Assembly (NCBI GenBank): GCA_046155725.1
Contig: JBJXFT010000322.1
Span: 1 to 62,420, forward strand
Length of the DNA: 62,420 nucleotides
Reading direction: 5' to 3'
From: Saprospiraceae bacterium
Lineage (GTDB): Bacteria; Bacteroidota; Bacteroidia; Chitinophagales; Saprospiraceae
Shown: piece after piece, positions 51,712 through 61,156 of the stretch
Layout: every line of letters starts with the position of its first letter
Numbering within the stretch: the stretch's first letter is position 1
Notes under the pieces: model-generated
What the model saw: only the letters and a program-made list of their open reading frames with translations
What the model was told of the DNA's origin: nothing
Databases searched by the model: none
Translations under genes and position numbers: made by a program

Positions 51712-53001
51712 CTATCCCACCACCACGAGGTACTTGTTCTTCTTCCCGTTTTCGACCATTATGAACTTGCCGTGCAGCAAATCTGCTGGCGAAACGACCG
51801 CGCCCACATCGGATACTTTTTGCTTGTTGACCGAAATGGTGTTGGCCTGAATGGCGCGTTTCGCCTCGCTGCGGCTCTCCAAAATGCCGGTGGTTTCGGA
51901 AAGAAAATCGAGGATGTTGCGACCGTTTTGGATGGCAGCGCGCGCGGCTTTTGGCGCGGGGATTTCCTCGGCCACTTGCGCCAAGGTGTCCGCGTCGAGG
52001 CTGCGGAGCGTGTCGGCATCGGCCTTGGGGTCGAACAGAAGTCGAGACACCGCCAGCACCGATTCGTACGCCGATTGGCCGTGGATGCGCACCGTGAGTT
52101 CTTCGGCAAACAAGCCCTTGATTTCTTGAGCCGTTTGACGGGCTTCGATGTTTTCGATTTCCTCGCGGTTTTTCAGCGAGAAGTAGCGCAGGAATTTTGG
52201 CAAATCGCGGTCGTCGGCATTCAGCCAAAATTGGTAAAACTGGTAGGGCGTGGTCATCGTCGGGTCGAGCCAGATATTGCCGGATTCGCTTTTGCCAAAT
52301 TTTGAGCCATCGGATTTGGTCAGCAGCGGCGTGGTCAATCCGTACACCTTCGCTTCGTCAATCTTGCGCGCCAATTCCACCCCGGCCGTGATGTTGCCAA
52401 ATTGGTCGGAGCCGCCCATCTGCACCGTGATGTTGTGTTCGCGGTGGAGCAGCACAAAGTCGTAGCCCTGCAAAAGCTGGTAACTGAACTCGGTGAACGA
52501 GATGCCCGTCTCGCCTTCGATGCGCCGCTTCACGCTTTCTTTCGACATCATGTAATTCACCGTCAGGTACTTTCCCACGTCGCGCAGAAAGTCCAGCACA
52601 TTCATGTCCTTGTAAAAATCGTAGTTGTTGGCCAGCAGCGCGTGGTTGGGCGTGGCCGGGTCGAAGTCGAGCAAACGCCGCACCTGCGCGGCAGTTTTTG
52701 CGGTGTTGCTGTCGAGTTCGTCAAAACTTTTCAGGTCGCGCTCCTTGTCTTTGCCGCTTGGGTCGCCGATGCGCCCGGTGGCTCCGCCCATGAGCGCCAC
52801 GGGCTGGTGGCCGGCGCGCTGGAGGAACGTGAGCAGCATGATTTGGACGTAATTGCCAATCGTCAGAGAAGGCGCAGTGGGGTCGAAACCGATATATGCC
52901 CGCACCATGCCTTGGTTGAAATGTTCCTCCACACCCGGCGTGAAATCGTGGATGAGGCCGCGCCAGCGGAGCTCTTCGAGAAAGTTGTGATTGGCTGCCA
53001 T
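51712..53001 (-). CDS. tyrS: Tyrosine--tRNA ligase
   Basis: 429 aa. GFDPTAPSLTIGN (HIGH region), KFGKSESG (KMSKS-like), and a C-terminal S4-like domain. Confidence 0.9.
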   Translation of the reverse strand: MAANHNFLEELRWRGLIHDFTPGVEEHFNQGMVRAYIGFDPTAPSLTIGNYVQIMLLTFLQRAGHQPVALMGGATGRIGDPSGKDKERDLKSFDELDSNTAKTAAQVRRLLDFDPATPNHALLANNYDFYKDMNVLDFLRDVGKYLTVNYMMSKESVKRRIEGETGISFTEFSYQLLQGYDFVLLHREHNITVQMGGSDQFGNITAGVELARKIDEAKVYGLTTPLLTKSDGSKFGKSESGNIWLDPTMTTPYQFYQFWLNADDRDLPKFLRYFSLKNREEIENIEARQTAQEIKGLFAEELTVRIHGQSAYESVLAVSRLLFDPKADADTLRSLDADTLAQVAEEIPAPKAARAAIQNGRNILDFLSETTGILESRSEAKRAIQANTISVNKQKVSDVGAVVSPADLLHGKFIMVENGKKNKYLVVVG

Positions 53002-53063
53002 GCTATATTTTGGATTGAAAAGAATTTTGGTGGGGCGGCAAAATTATGATTTGCCGAGGAAAC

Positions 53064-53277
53064 ATGAGTCATCCCGAATTTTTCAACCCACGAATTTATT
53101 CGTGGGGCTGCTGGCAAGCCCTGCTCCATCGAACCGATTTATCGGTTTTCAGCGCAAAACCGATAAATCGGTTCGCTTTCTCTTGGGTTCACCCGCAGAC
53201 CCACGAATAAATTCGTGGGTTGAAGCGATACTTTGCCGCTTGGTGCAATCCCGAAACATCGGGACGGGATGACTCAT
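53064..53277. repeat. Nested palindromic element (~214 bp, A-B-C-C'-B'-A')
   Basis: Terminal inverted repeat atgagtcatcccg (53064-53076) / cgggatgactcat (53265-53277). Self-hairpins cccacgaatttattcgtggg (53087-53106) and cccacgaataaattcgtggg (53200-53219). Central perfect 19-bp stem 53131-53149 / 53156-53174. Confidence 0.85.
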
Positions 53278-53292
53278 ATTCCCCCCCCACGC

Positions 53293-56200
53293 CTATCTTT
53301 CCAATACAAACCTCGCCACTTCTCGCTCCCCATTTTCTGTCACGATTTCGAGGAAATAAAGCCCTGCGGGCAATTGGCTCGCCAAAGGAATGGGCTGCGC
53401 CTCGCTGCCCGCATACAGTGCGAGCGATTGGGCGCGCTGCCCACGGCTGTCCAAAATTTGAACGCTCAGCCGCTCGCCTTGCCAGCGTGACAGGTCGGCA
53501 AAAAGTTCGCCGTTGGTCGGGTTGGGGAAAAGCAGCAAGTTGAGATTTGACAATCCCAAATTTTGCGGGATCATCAAATCTTGCTCCTCGCTCCTATTGT
53601 TGCTTGACGTTGTGCCAATCGGGCAGTTGAAAGTATTGAGGTGCGCCGCGTAAAAAATTTGGGGTGCCAGCCGCGAGGTAATGTGGATGAACGTCGGGTG
53701 CGACTGTGCGGGCAGGGTGTACTCGAACACTTCCGATTCGCCGTTCGAGATGCCGTTGGCGCTGACGGATTTGAACCGGACGGAATAGAACGGCGAGTAG
53801 TTCGGGTTGCGCACCGCGTACTTCCGGCCATCGGGCGAAGTGTAGGTGGAAAGGTTGGCCGGGCTGACGGCTGTAATGCCATTGGGCAATTGAATGGCTG
53901 TGTAAATCAACTTGCTGGAGCAGCTGTTCGTCACGCGGATGCGGTAGGTGTATCGCTGTTGCGCATCGGCGGTGATGGCGAGCAGGTCGTACTGCAGGCA
54001 GCCGTTGGTTTTTGTGTCGCAGGGCAATTCCTCGCGCACCGTCACCGTGAAGCAACAATTGGCGGCTGCGCCGCAACTGTCTCGCGCGGCATAGCACACC
54101 TGGGTGGTGCCCACGGGGAACAAACTCCCGGAAGCCAAACCGCTTGTCAGGCCCAACGCAATGCCAGGGCAAACACAATCGCTGGTGGCCACGGGAAGGT
54201 TGTAACTTGCCGACACAGGCCCCGAACCGGGCACCGCAGTGAGCGTGAGTGGCATCGGGCAAGTGATGCCGATGGACGAGGGCGGGGGCGTGAGGTATTG
54301 CAGGGTGTAGGTCACCACGGTATCGCAAGCGCCGTTGGTGCCGGGAGCGGTGAGCGCGACGATGGCGGGCTGGGTGTAGGTTTGTCCGCCGAGGCTGATG
54401 CTTTCGCCTTCGCAGAATTGGAGCGTTTCGGCGCGGGTGTTGAGCGGCAGCAAAGCCAGCGTGTAGGTCACCACGGTGTCGCAGCCGCCCAATGTGCCGG
54501 CGATGTTGGAGATAACCGTTCCGGGCTGCGAATAGGTTTGCCCATCAATGACGACCGATGCGCCGGGGCAGAATTGGAGCGTTTCCGAGCGGGTGTTGAG
54601 CGGCAGCAAAGCCAGCGTGTAGGTCACCACGGTGTCGCAGCCGCCCGATGTGCCGGGGATGTTGGAGACAACCGTTCCGGGCTGCGAATAGGTTTGCCCA
54701 TCAATGACGACCGACGCGCCGGGACAGAATTGGAGCGTTTGCGAGCGCGCAGGTTGTGGCAGGAAAGTTAGCGTGTAGGTTACCACGGTGTCGCAGCCGC
54801 CGCCTGTGCCGGGTATGGTGAGCTGCACGATGCCAGGGTCAATGTAGGTTTGGCCCCCAATGTCCACCGATTCGCCGGGGCAGAATTGAACGGATTCTTC
54901 CCGCGTTGGGGCGGGCAGCCATTCAAGCGTGTACGTCACCACCGTGTCGCATTCGCCCGTGCTGGAAGGCAGGTTGACGATTGCCGTTCCGGGCTGAGTA
55001 TAAGTTTGCCCGCCGAGCTCGAGCGAAGTGCCAGGACAAAACTGAATGGTTTGGCTCAATTCCACCTGCGGCAGGTAATCTATCGCCACATAAGCGATGG
55101 TATCGCAGCCAAAAAAGACGCTCATAATGGTGTCCGTAAAGCCAATTGCTTGGGTGTAGTATTGCCCATTGAACCAAACGGAGTCGCCCTTGCAAATTTC
55201 AAAGTTGTAAAGGCGAAAGGGTAGGGGGAGTTGTTCGAGGAAATAAAAAAGGATGGTGTCGCAGCCGACCGAGGAAGGAAGGGTGTCTCGCACGAGTTGC
55301 GAATCTTCATAGACTACGCCATTGATGGTCACGGTTTCGAAGGGGCAGAAATAGATGACTTCGATCTGCTCTTCGTAAGGAAGTACATTGAGGAAAAAGG
55401 TCGCCAACGTATCGCAGTCCGTTCCTGTGCCGGGGATGTTTCTTTGAAAAACCCCCTCCTGATCGAAGGTGAAGCCGCGTATGGTGACTGACTTTCCGGG
55501 GCAAAACACGCCGTTTTCCGTCACCTGAGGTTGTTGGCGTACTTGAATCACCACGGTATCCACCTGCTTGAAGCCACAAACGTCGGTGGCCGTCACTTGG
55601 TAAAGCCCCGCAAACGAGACCGTGACGGACTGGGTGCTTTGGCCGTTGGACCATTGGTATTTGAAGAAGCCGGGGCCAGCGTTCAAAGTGACCATATCCT
55701 CTGGGCAAAACAGTTGGTTGGGGCCGAGGTTGAGCGTCGGGGCTGTGGGCAACTGGATGGTGACGCTGTCCAAGTTGTTGATGTAATTGCATTCAGCGAT
55801 GTCGGAAAGCGGGAAATCGTCGGGCGAGAAAGGCGTTGGTGCATTTCCGTTGTCATTGGTCACCATGTAAATCGTGAACCCGTCTTGGATGTACGCGGGG
55901 CCAAATTCATTCACCAAATTGGTTATCAAGTCCGAAATGCAATTGCTGGGCACTTGATTTTCCTCCAAGAAGACCGTCTCAATTTTGTTGGCCTCTGTTT
56001 CAAAAGGGTTGGCGTCATAGAAAGTGACATTCAAGTCTGGGATGGTCCCACCTTCCAGGTCGCAGGTGCTCAGGCTCAAGTTCACCATTCCGTTGAGGCA
56101 CCCCACTCCGCCATTCAGCACCACGAAATCCCTGTTTTCAGGGCAAGTATCAATCACCGTGCAATCGGGGCAAAGCAGATGTTCTTCCAAAGTGTTGGTT

Positions 56201-57540
56201 GCCCAAGGCACATCCACGCTGGTAGGGCTGGCAGTGCTGAGGAGTTTTTGGAGCGCGATGGGTGTCCTGACCGGGTTTTGAATCTCAAACGATTGGATGC
56301 TGAGGCTGTCAACATACCCGCAAGAATCGGCCATGGTGCCATCGGCGAGCATCTTCCAGAGAAAAACATCCGAGAACCCCGTAGTGGCTACCCCCGTGAA
56401 AAACAGCGAATCGGCTATGGCTACCGATTGCTGGGGCCCGAACAAATTGGCGTTGAGGTTTCCAGATGGGCCGTAAGCGAGGTTTTTGCCCCAAAGGAAA
56501 TCCCCGTTCTTGTTCACTTTGAACACAAAGTATTGGCTCCCAAAACTCCTTTGGCCTGACAGCACATAGCCGTCAGAGACTACCATGACCCGAAGGATCG
56601 AAGTGCTCAAATCGTATTTCCGTACCCAAAGGATGTTCCCGTCGAGGTCGGTCTTTTGGAGGTGAATGTTGTAAGGCCCAGCTGTGAGCGGCGGGTCATT
56701 TACATCTTCGTCTACCACATAAGCGGCTATGAGCGTGTCGCCGTCCACGGCAAGGTCGCGGCCATAAAAATCGGCTTGTGCGGCAGTGTCCAAGTGGCTC
56801 AGTTGCGCCCATATCGGCGTACCGTTGACGGGGTCGAAGCGGGCCATCAGCAGCCTGCGGTCAAATGCCGTGGTGCTGTCGTGCCGTCCAGATGCCGAAC
56901 CCAGCCCGTAGAGCGAGCCGTCCACCGCTACCATTTTAGCCAGCGCGTCGAAAGCGATGTGCTTGTAGCGGCTGGCGAAGGCGGGGATAATGTTGCCGGT
57001 GGCACGTTGCAGATCGAGGATTTCGATAACCGTTTCTCCGCTCGGCTGCGTGGGGTTTTGGTAATAAACAAAACTGCCACCGGGCGTTTTCTCCAAAATG
57101 CCTGCCGCCGCAGGGCTGTTGCTCGCCACGGGGTGCGCCCACAAGAACGAATCGGCCACAGGGTCATAGCGGAACACAAACCCCCGGGTGGCTCCCGCAA
57201 ACTGGCTCTGTGTGCCGCAGCCGGTGATCATTCCCTCCGAATCTTCGAATATCTGGATGGGGGTGATGGGTTCAAAAGAGCCAATTTGGAACTCGCGCAT
57301 CCATATCGGCTCGCCGGCGAGGTTTGTTTTTTGGATAAAGGTTTTGCTCCCATTGCGGCCAGCGAGGTAGAGGTTGCCGTCGCTGCTGCGCGTGAGCACG
57401 GTGCCGTACTCGCTCTTGGTTTCATTGCCCCAAGTTTTGAAAAAAGTGGGCGTGGGGCAATCTGGGTCTTGGCCAAAAGCCAAAGCGTTGTGCAAAAGGA
57501 AGGCAAGCACAAGCAGGGTGCGGGTAGATGTTTGAAACAT
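53293..57540 (-). CDS. Giant secreted repeat protein (about nine 52-aa Cys-containing repeats, HYR-like domain) with T9SS C-terminal sorting domain
   Basis: Signal MFQTSTRTLLVLAFLLHNALAFGQ (ATG at 57540). Repeats of type FCPGxSVxIxGQTY...GGCDTVVTYTL. HYR-like CPMPLTLTAVPG...CCFTVTV. C-terminus LFPNPTNGELFADL...GLYFLEIV. Confidence 0.75.
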   Translation of the reverse strand: MFQTSTRTLLVLAFLLHNALAFGQDPDCPTPTFFKTWGNETKSEYGTVLTRSSDGNLYLAGRNGSKTFIQKTNLAGEPIWMREFQIGSFEPITPIQIFEDSEGMITGCGTQSQFAGATRGFVFRYDPVADSFLWAHPVASNSPAAAGILEKTPGGSFVYYQNPTQPSGETVIEILDLQRATGNIIPAFASRYKHIAFDALAKMVAVDGSLYGLGSASGRHDSTTAFDRRLLMARFDPVNGTPIWAQLSHLDTAAQADFYGRDLAVDGDTLIAAYVVDEDVNDPPLTAGPYNIHLQKTDLDGNILWVRKYDLSTSILRVMVVSDGYVLSGQRSFGSQYFVFKVNKNGDFLWGKNLAYGPSGNLNANLFGPQQSVAIADSLFFTGVATTGFSDVFLWKMLADGTMADSCGYVDSLSIQSFEIQNPVRTPIALQKLLSTASPTSVDVPWATNTLEEHLLCPDCTVIDTCPENRDFVVLNGGVGCLNGMVNLSLSTCDLEGGTIPDLNVTFYDANPFETEANKIETVFLEENQVPSNCISDLITNLVNEFGPAYIQDGFTIYMVTNDNGNAPTPFSPDDFPLSDIAECNYINNLDSVTIQLPTAPTLNLGPNQLFCPEDMVTLNAGPGFFKYQWSNGQSTQSVTVSFAGLYQVTATDVCGFKQVDTVVIQVRQQPQVTENGVFCPGKSVTIRGFTFDQEGVFQRNIPGTGTDCDTLATFFLNVLPYEEQIEVIYFCPFETVTINGVVYEDSQLVRDTLPSSVGCDTILFYFLEQLPLPFRLYNFEICKGDSVWFNGQYYTQAIGFTDTIMSVFFGCDTIAYVAIDYLPQVELSQTIQFCPGTSLELGGQTYTQPGTAIVNLPSSTGECDTVVTYTLEWLPAPTREESVQFCPGESVDIGGQTYIDPGIVQLTIPGTGGGCDTVVTYTLTFLPQPARSQTLQFCPGASVVIDGQTYSQPGTVVSNIPGTSGGCDTVVTYTLALLPLNTRSETLQFCPGASVVIDGQTYSQPGTVISNIAGTLGGCDTVVTYTLALLPLNTRAETLQFCEGESISLGGQTYTQPAIVALTAPGTNGACDTVVTYTLQYLTPPPSSIGITCPMPLTLTAVPGSGPVSASYNLPVATSDCVCPGIALGLTSGLASGSLFPVGTTQVCYAARDSCGAAANCCFTVTVREELPCDTKTNGCLQYDLLAITADAQQRYTYRIRVTNSCSSKLIYTAIQLPNGITAVSPANLSTYTSPDGRKYAVRNPNYSPFYSVRFKSVSANGISNGESEVFEYTLPAQSHPTFIHITSRLAPQIFYAAHLNTFNCPIGTTSSNNRSEEQDLMIPQNLGLSNLNLLLFPNPTNGELFADLSRWQGERLSVQILDSRGQRAQSLALYAGSEAQPIPLASQLPAGLYFLEIVTENGEREVARFVLER
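54435..54746. repeat. Two near-identical 156-bp tandem repeat units inside the giant gene
   Basis: 54435-54590 and 54591-54746 differ at only a handful of positions by eye. Each encodes one 52-aa ETLQFCPGASVVIDGQTYSQPGTV...CDTVVTYTLALLPLNTR module. Confidence 0.85.
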
Positions 57541-57804
57541 AAGTTTTGAGACTTTTTGTCCTCCGCCGTAGTTTTTGCAAAAGTGCGCCGTAGGAGGTGT
57601 GGACTGTTCGGGCAAACGTACAGAGGCTCGCCCGACCCAAGGGAGGAAAGTCCAGATATGTCGGCAAACCGAAAGATTCTGTTGGAGGGCTGTACTAAAG
57701 GCGGGGTATGGCCAAGCACACCTTTGCTTTTTTCAGCAGTGGGCTGAACCTCGTAGCGACATTTTTAGTAGCGGGCTAAACCCCGCCCTCCCTCACCCTC
57801 ACCC

Positions 57805-60800
57805 TCAACGCGCCGCATTCTCCAACATCTCCACCGGATCAGAAAAGCGGAGCCTGATGCTGTACGAAATCATTTTCAGGTAGTTGCCGCCACAAAAAAT
57901 GGCCGAAGGGTCGGTGCCGCCCGCCTGTTGGCAATACATGTCTTTCAAAGTTTTGGAGTTTGCCAACGGGAAATAAACTTCCAGCCCGCCTTTGAAAAAC
58001 TCCAGCATGAGGCCGCCGCTCCAGAGCAGTTGCTCGTTGCTGGGCCTTCCCTCTCCGAGGGGCGTGGCATCGTCGAAATAGCCGAGGTCGAAATAAGGCT
58101 TGAGCGGAATGCCGAGCGGGAGGCGCACGGGCAGGTCGGCTTTCAGGTTGAGCGCGAGGATGTAATTGTTTGAGTTGCCTATTACGCCAGCGAAGGCCGA
58201 GCCGAACACGCCTTTGAAACCGCCCTCTGTTTGGCTCACCCGGCGGCCCAAAATATGGTCGGCATCAGAAGAGCGCGCCAGAAAGGTTTCGTCAAAACGG
58301 TAGTCGTTGAAGCCCTGCGGATTGAGGCTGAGCGCATTGAACGGTGGGTTGATGTCGCGCCGGCGCTGCGTGTTTTTCAAAAAATACCCGCCGAACAGCC
58401 GCATGGTCACCTTCTTTTTTTCTTTGTAAAAAAACTTTTGCCGCCACTCTACCGTACCGCGCAGATAAGAAGACGGGCGGTCGAAAATATCGCGGTAGTC
58501 CTGCGTTTCGAGCGCGACTTGGAAGCGGTAGGGGTGGGGCAAAGCCAATTGCTCGCCCTCGTAGCGCAGCTCGTGGAGGGTGTTTTTTTGCCAATTTTTT
58601 TTCAAAAAAATACCTGCTGAATCGAATCCTGCTTCTTCGTGGCCAATGAACAAGGTCCTGAAACTCAGCGCGTGGCGGAACGACATCGAGCTGCTGCGCA
58701 ACTCCGCCCGCAGCTGCGGCACTACCCGCCAAAATTTTAAATAATACTCGTTGCGCACATTGTAATCGAAATCAAAAGTCTTTGCGCTCGCGCCCACCGT
58801 CACTTTGCGGACGAGGCCGCCCGGGTGAAATTTGTAGCGCACATCGGCCAAGCCCACAAAGTTTCCAGACCCGGTCGCGTAGCCTGGCAGCAGGTAGTAT
58901 TGCAATTTTCTCGGCGGCACGGGCGGGTTGTATATCACCACGCCGAGCATCGTTTTGTCGTAGTTGTTCCAGCCCACCCAGGGCAGCGCGGCGAGCGTGT
59001 TGCGGCGGCTGTTTTGAAAAATTGCCAAAGACCTGAACTCGAATGGCCTCATGCCGGGAAACAGCCCCGACGTGCGCCGGAAGTTGTTTTTTCGGTTCAG
59101 GTCGAGGGTTGTGCGCGGGTAGTCAATCTCGAAAGCGTCGGCTTTTTCAATTTGAAACTCAATGGTTTGCTTGCTTTTCCCCGCCGCAGGCGGAAACCAT
59201 TTTGTTTCCACGGGCTTGCCATTTTGAAAGGCGGTTACGGAAAACGGCGCGTTCAAGGAGCTTTTGTTTTCAATCTCCAACGCCCAGCGCCCATTGCCCA
59301 ACTTCGCGTTTTTCAGTGCGTAGTCCACCTGCTTCTGCGTCTGCATCGCTTCAAAAAACCAACCCACGTTCAACTTTTTTTCTTCCAATACTGCCCGCAA
59401 ATCTTCCGGGTATGGGTGGCGAAATTGCCAACGCCGATAGTATTCCTGCATGGCCGCATCAAACTTTTCGACACCGACCGCTTCCTCCAGCCATTGGAGG
59501 CAAAGCGCCGTTTTCATGTACACTTGCAAGCCGTAAGCGATGGGCGAGAACTCATTGGAGTGCGTGTCGGGCGGCGTGTCTTTGCGGTCGCGGGCCAGTA
59601 GGAGGTATGCGTTTTCAAACAGTGTGCCTTGTTGTTTTTCGTCGAGGATGAACTTGGGCACTTTAACAGGGCTGTATTTCCCATAAAACTGCTTTATGTA
59701 GCGTGCCTCGTAGTAGGTGTTCAGCCCCTCGTCGAGGAAGGGGTGTTCGCGCTCGTTGCTGGCCAGGATGCCATAAAACCAGTTGTGGCCCACCTCGTGG
59801 GTGATCACATCGTCGAGGCCTTTGGCCGAACTGGAATTGCCGATGACGGTAATCATCGGGTACTCCATGCCGCCGCCCGCGCTGAGAGCAGAGTGTACCG
59901 CCGTGGCTTGGGGCCAAGGGTATTCGCCTACTTTTTCGGAGTAAAACTCTACGGCGCGGCGGACGTAGAAGGCGCCTTTTTTCCAAAGCGAGGAGTCTGA
60001 GTGGGTGAACATGGCCCAGCAGTCCACGGTCTTGCCGGAGGCCAGCCTCGCCGTGTCTTTCAAAACCATGAACCGTTTGTCGGCAAACCACGCGAAGTCA
60101 TGTACTCGCTCGGCGGTGTAGCGGATGGTTTTCATCGCTGTCGCACTGGTGGGGTAGGGGTCTTTGGTCTGCAATTTTGGGATTTTGAGCCGCTCTCCTT
60201 TTGCCAGTATTTCCCGCGTCTCGGTTTCTTTTCTTTTCAAAAACTCGATTTCGGCAGGTGTTTGGAGAATGCCCGTCGCGCCCACCACATAGTTTTCGGG
60301 CAAGGTCAGGGTCACATCGAAGGAGCCAAACTCTGAGTAGAATTCGCCAATGTCGAGATACGGCATGGCGTGCCAGCCCTTGTGGTCGTACACCGCCGGT
60401 TTGGGGTACCACTGGGTCATCTGGTAACTGGTCTCCACATGGCCGAGGCGCGAAAACGAGCGGGGTATTTTGAGCGAAAACGGCGTGGCGATACGCACAC
60501 GGCTGCCCGTGGCAAGAGGGGAAGGGAGCGTCAGCACCGCGATGTCGGGATTTTTCGGGTCGTACTTCCACTCGAGTTTTTGGCCGTCGGCGGTGAATTC
60601 GAGTTTTTTGTAGGCACCCAAATCCTTGTCTTCTGCGAAGTAAAACTGGCCACTGCCGTCGCGGAGTTTTTGTTTGCAGAAAGCCGAGCGGCGGTTTTTG
60701 AAAGCATTGCCCCAGAGGTGCACCCAGATTTGGGGCAGCGCGTCGGGCGAGTTGTTGACGTACTCGAACTCGACCGTGCCCGCCAGCGTGTGCTTCACGT

Positions 60801-61023
60801 CGTCGAGCGTGGCGGCTATGCGGTAGTTGACTTCTTGCTGGAAGTGGGGTTTGGAGGTTTGAGGGTTTGCAGGTTTGGGGGTTTGGGAAAACAGGGCGAG
60901 GGGGAACAAGCCCGCCGTCGCCCACACCGTTGTCCACGCCGCCGTTAAAACTATAGCGCGTAAAAAGACTATGGTGCGTGAAAGGGCTATGGCGGGTAAA
61001 AGGACTGGGAGCAGTTGTTTCAT
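57805..61023 (-). CDS. M1-family zinc metallopeptidase (aminopeptidase N-like) with long C-terminal extension
   Basis: VITHEVGHNWFYG...FLDEGLNTYYE (HExxH-x18-E). Signal-like MKQLLPVLLPAIALS (ATG at 61023). Confidence 0.8.
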   Translation of the reverse strand: MKQLLPVLLPAIALSRTIVFLRAIVLTAAWTTVWATAGLFPLALFSQTPKPANPQTSKPHFQQEVNYRIAATLDDVKHTLAGTVEFEYVNNSPDALPQIWVHLWGNAFKNRRSAFCKQKLRDGSGQFYFAEDKDLGAYKKLEFTADGQKLEWKYDPKNPDIAVLTLPSPLATGSRVRIATPFSLKIPRSFSRLGHVETSYQMTQWYPKPAVYDHKGWHAMPYLDIGEFYSEFGSFDVTLTLPENYVVGATGILQTPAEIEFLKRKETETREILAKGERLKIPKLQTKDPYPTSATAMKTIRYTAERVHDFAWFADKRFMVLKDTARLASGKTVDCWAMFTHSDSSLWKKGAFYVRRAVEFYSEKVGEYPWPQATAVHSALSAGGGMEYPMITVIGNSSSAKGLDDVITHEVGHNWFYGILASNEREHPFLDEGLNTYYEARYIKQFYGKYSPVKVPKFILDEKQQGTLFENAYLLLARDRKDTPPDTHSNEFSPIAYGLQVYMKTALCLQWLEEAVGVEKFDAAMQEYYRRWQFRHPYPEDLRAVLEEKKLNVGWFFEAMQTQKQVDYALKNAKLGNGRWALEIENKSSLNAPFSVTAFQNGKPVETKWFPPAAGKSKQTIEFQIEKADAFEIDYPRTTLDLNRKNNFRRTSGLFPGMRPFEFRSLAIFQNSRRNTLAALPWVGWNNYDKTMLGVVIYNPPVPPRKLQYYLLPGYATGSGNFVGLADVRYKFHPGGLVRKVTVGASAKTFDFDYNVRNEYYLKFWRVVPQLRAELRSSSMSFRHALSFRTLFIGHEEAGFDSAGIFLKKNWQKNTLHELRYEGEQLALPHPYRFQVALETQDYRDIFDRPSSYLRGTVEWRQKFFYKEKKKVTMRLFGGYFLKNTQRRRDINPPFNALSLNPQGFNDYRFDETFLARSSDADHILGRRVSQTEGGFKGVFGSAFAGVIGNSNNYILALNLKADLPVRLPLGIPLKPYFDLGYFDDATPLGEGRPSNEQLLWSGGLMLEFFKGGLEVYFPLANSKTLKDMYCQQAGGTDPSAIFCGGNYLKMISYSIRLRFSDPVEMLENAAR

Positions 61024-61120
61024 AATGAGTGTGTCATTTTGACAAGTCGCCAAAAGTACGACGGTTCAGACACCTCTTATTTGGGAAAAACTTGACTTCC
61101 GCATTTGTCATGCGGAAAAG

Positions 61121-61128
61121 TACCTTTG
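61121..61128 (+). promoter_or_regulatory. Candidate -7 box (TACCTTTG) for the AAA ATPase/DUF4276 pair
   Basis: Matches TAnnTTTG, 29 nt upstream of the ATG at 61157. Preceded by the small hairpin ttccgcat ttgtc atgcggaa. Confidence 0.35.
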
Positions 61129-61156
61129 CCAGACAGTTCCAAAACTGTACAAGACC

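Noticed and set aside
57641-57653. GGGAGGAAAGTCC resembles the conserved P4 5' strand of bacterial RNase P RNA.
   Set aside because: Only about 150 nt remain before the next gene, whereas RNase P RNA needs about 300 nt after this motif. The matching 3' P4 strand (ACAGAACCCGGCTTA-like) and other conserved blocks are absent on either strand.
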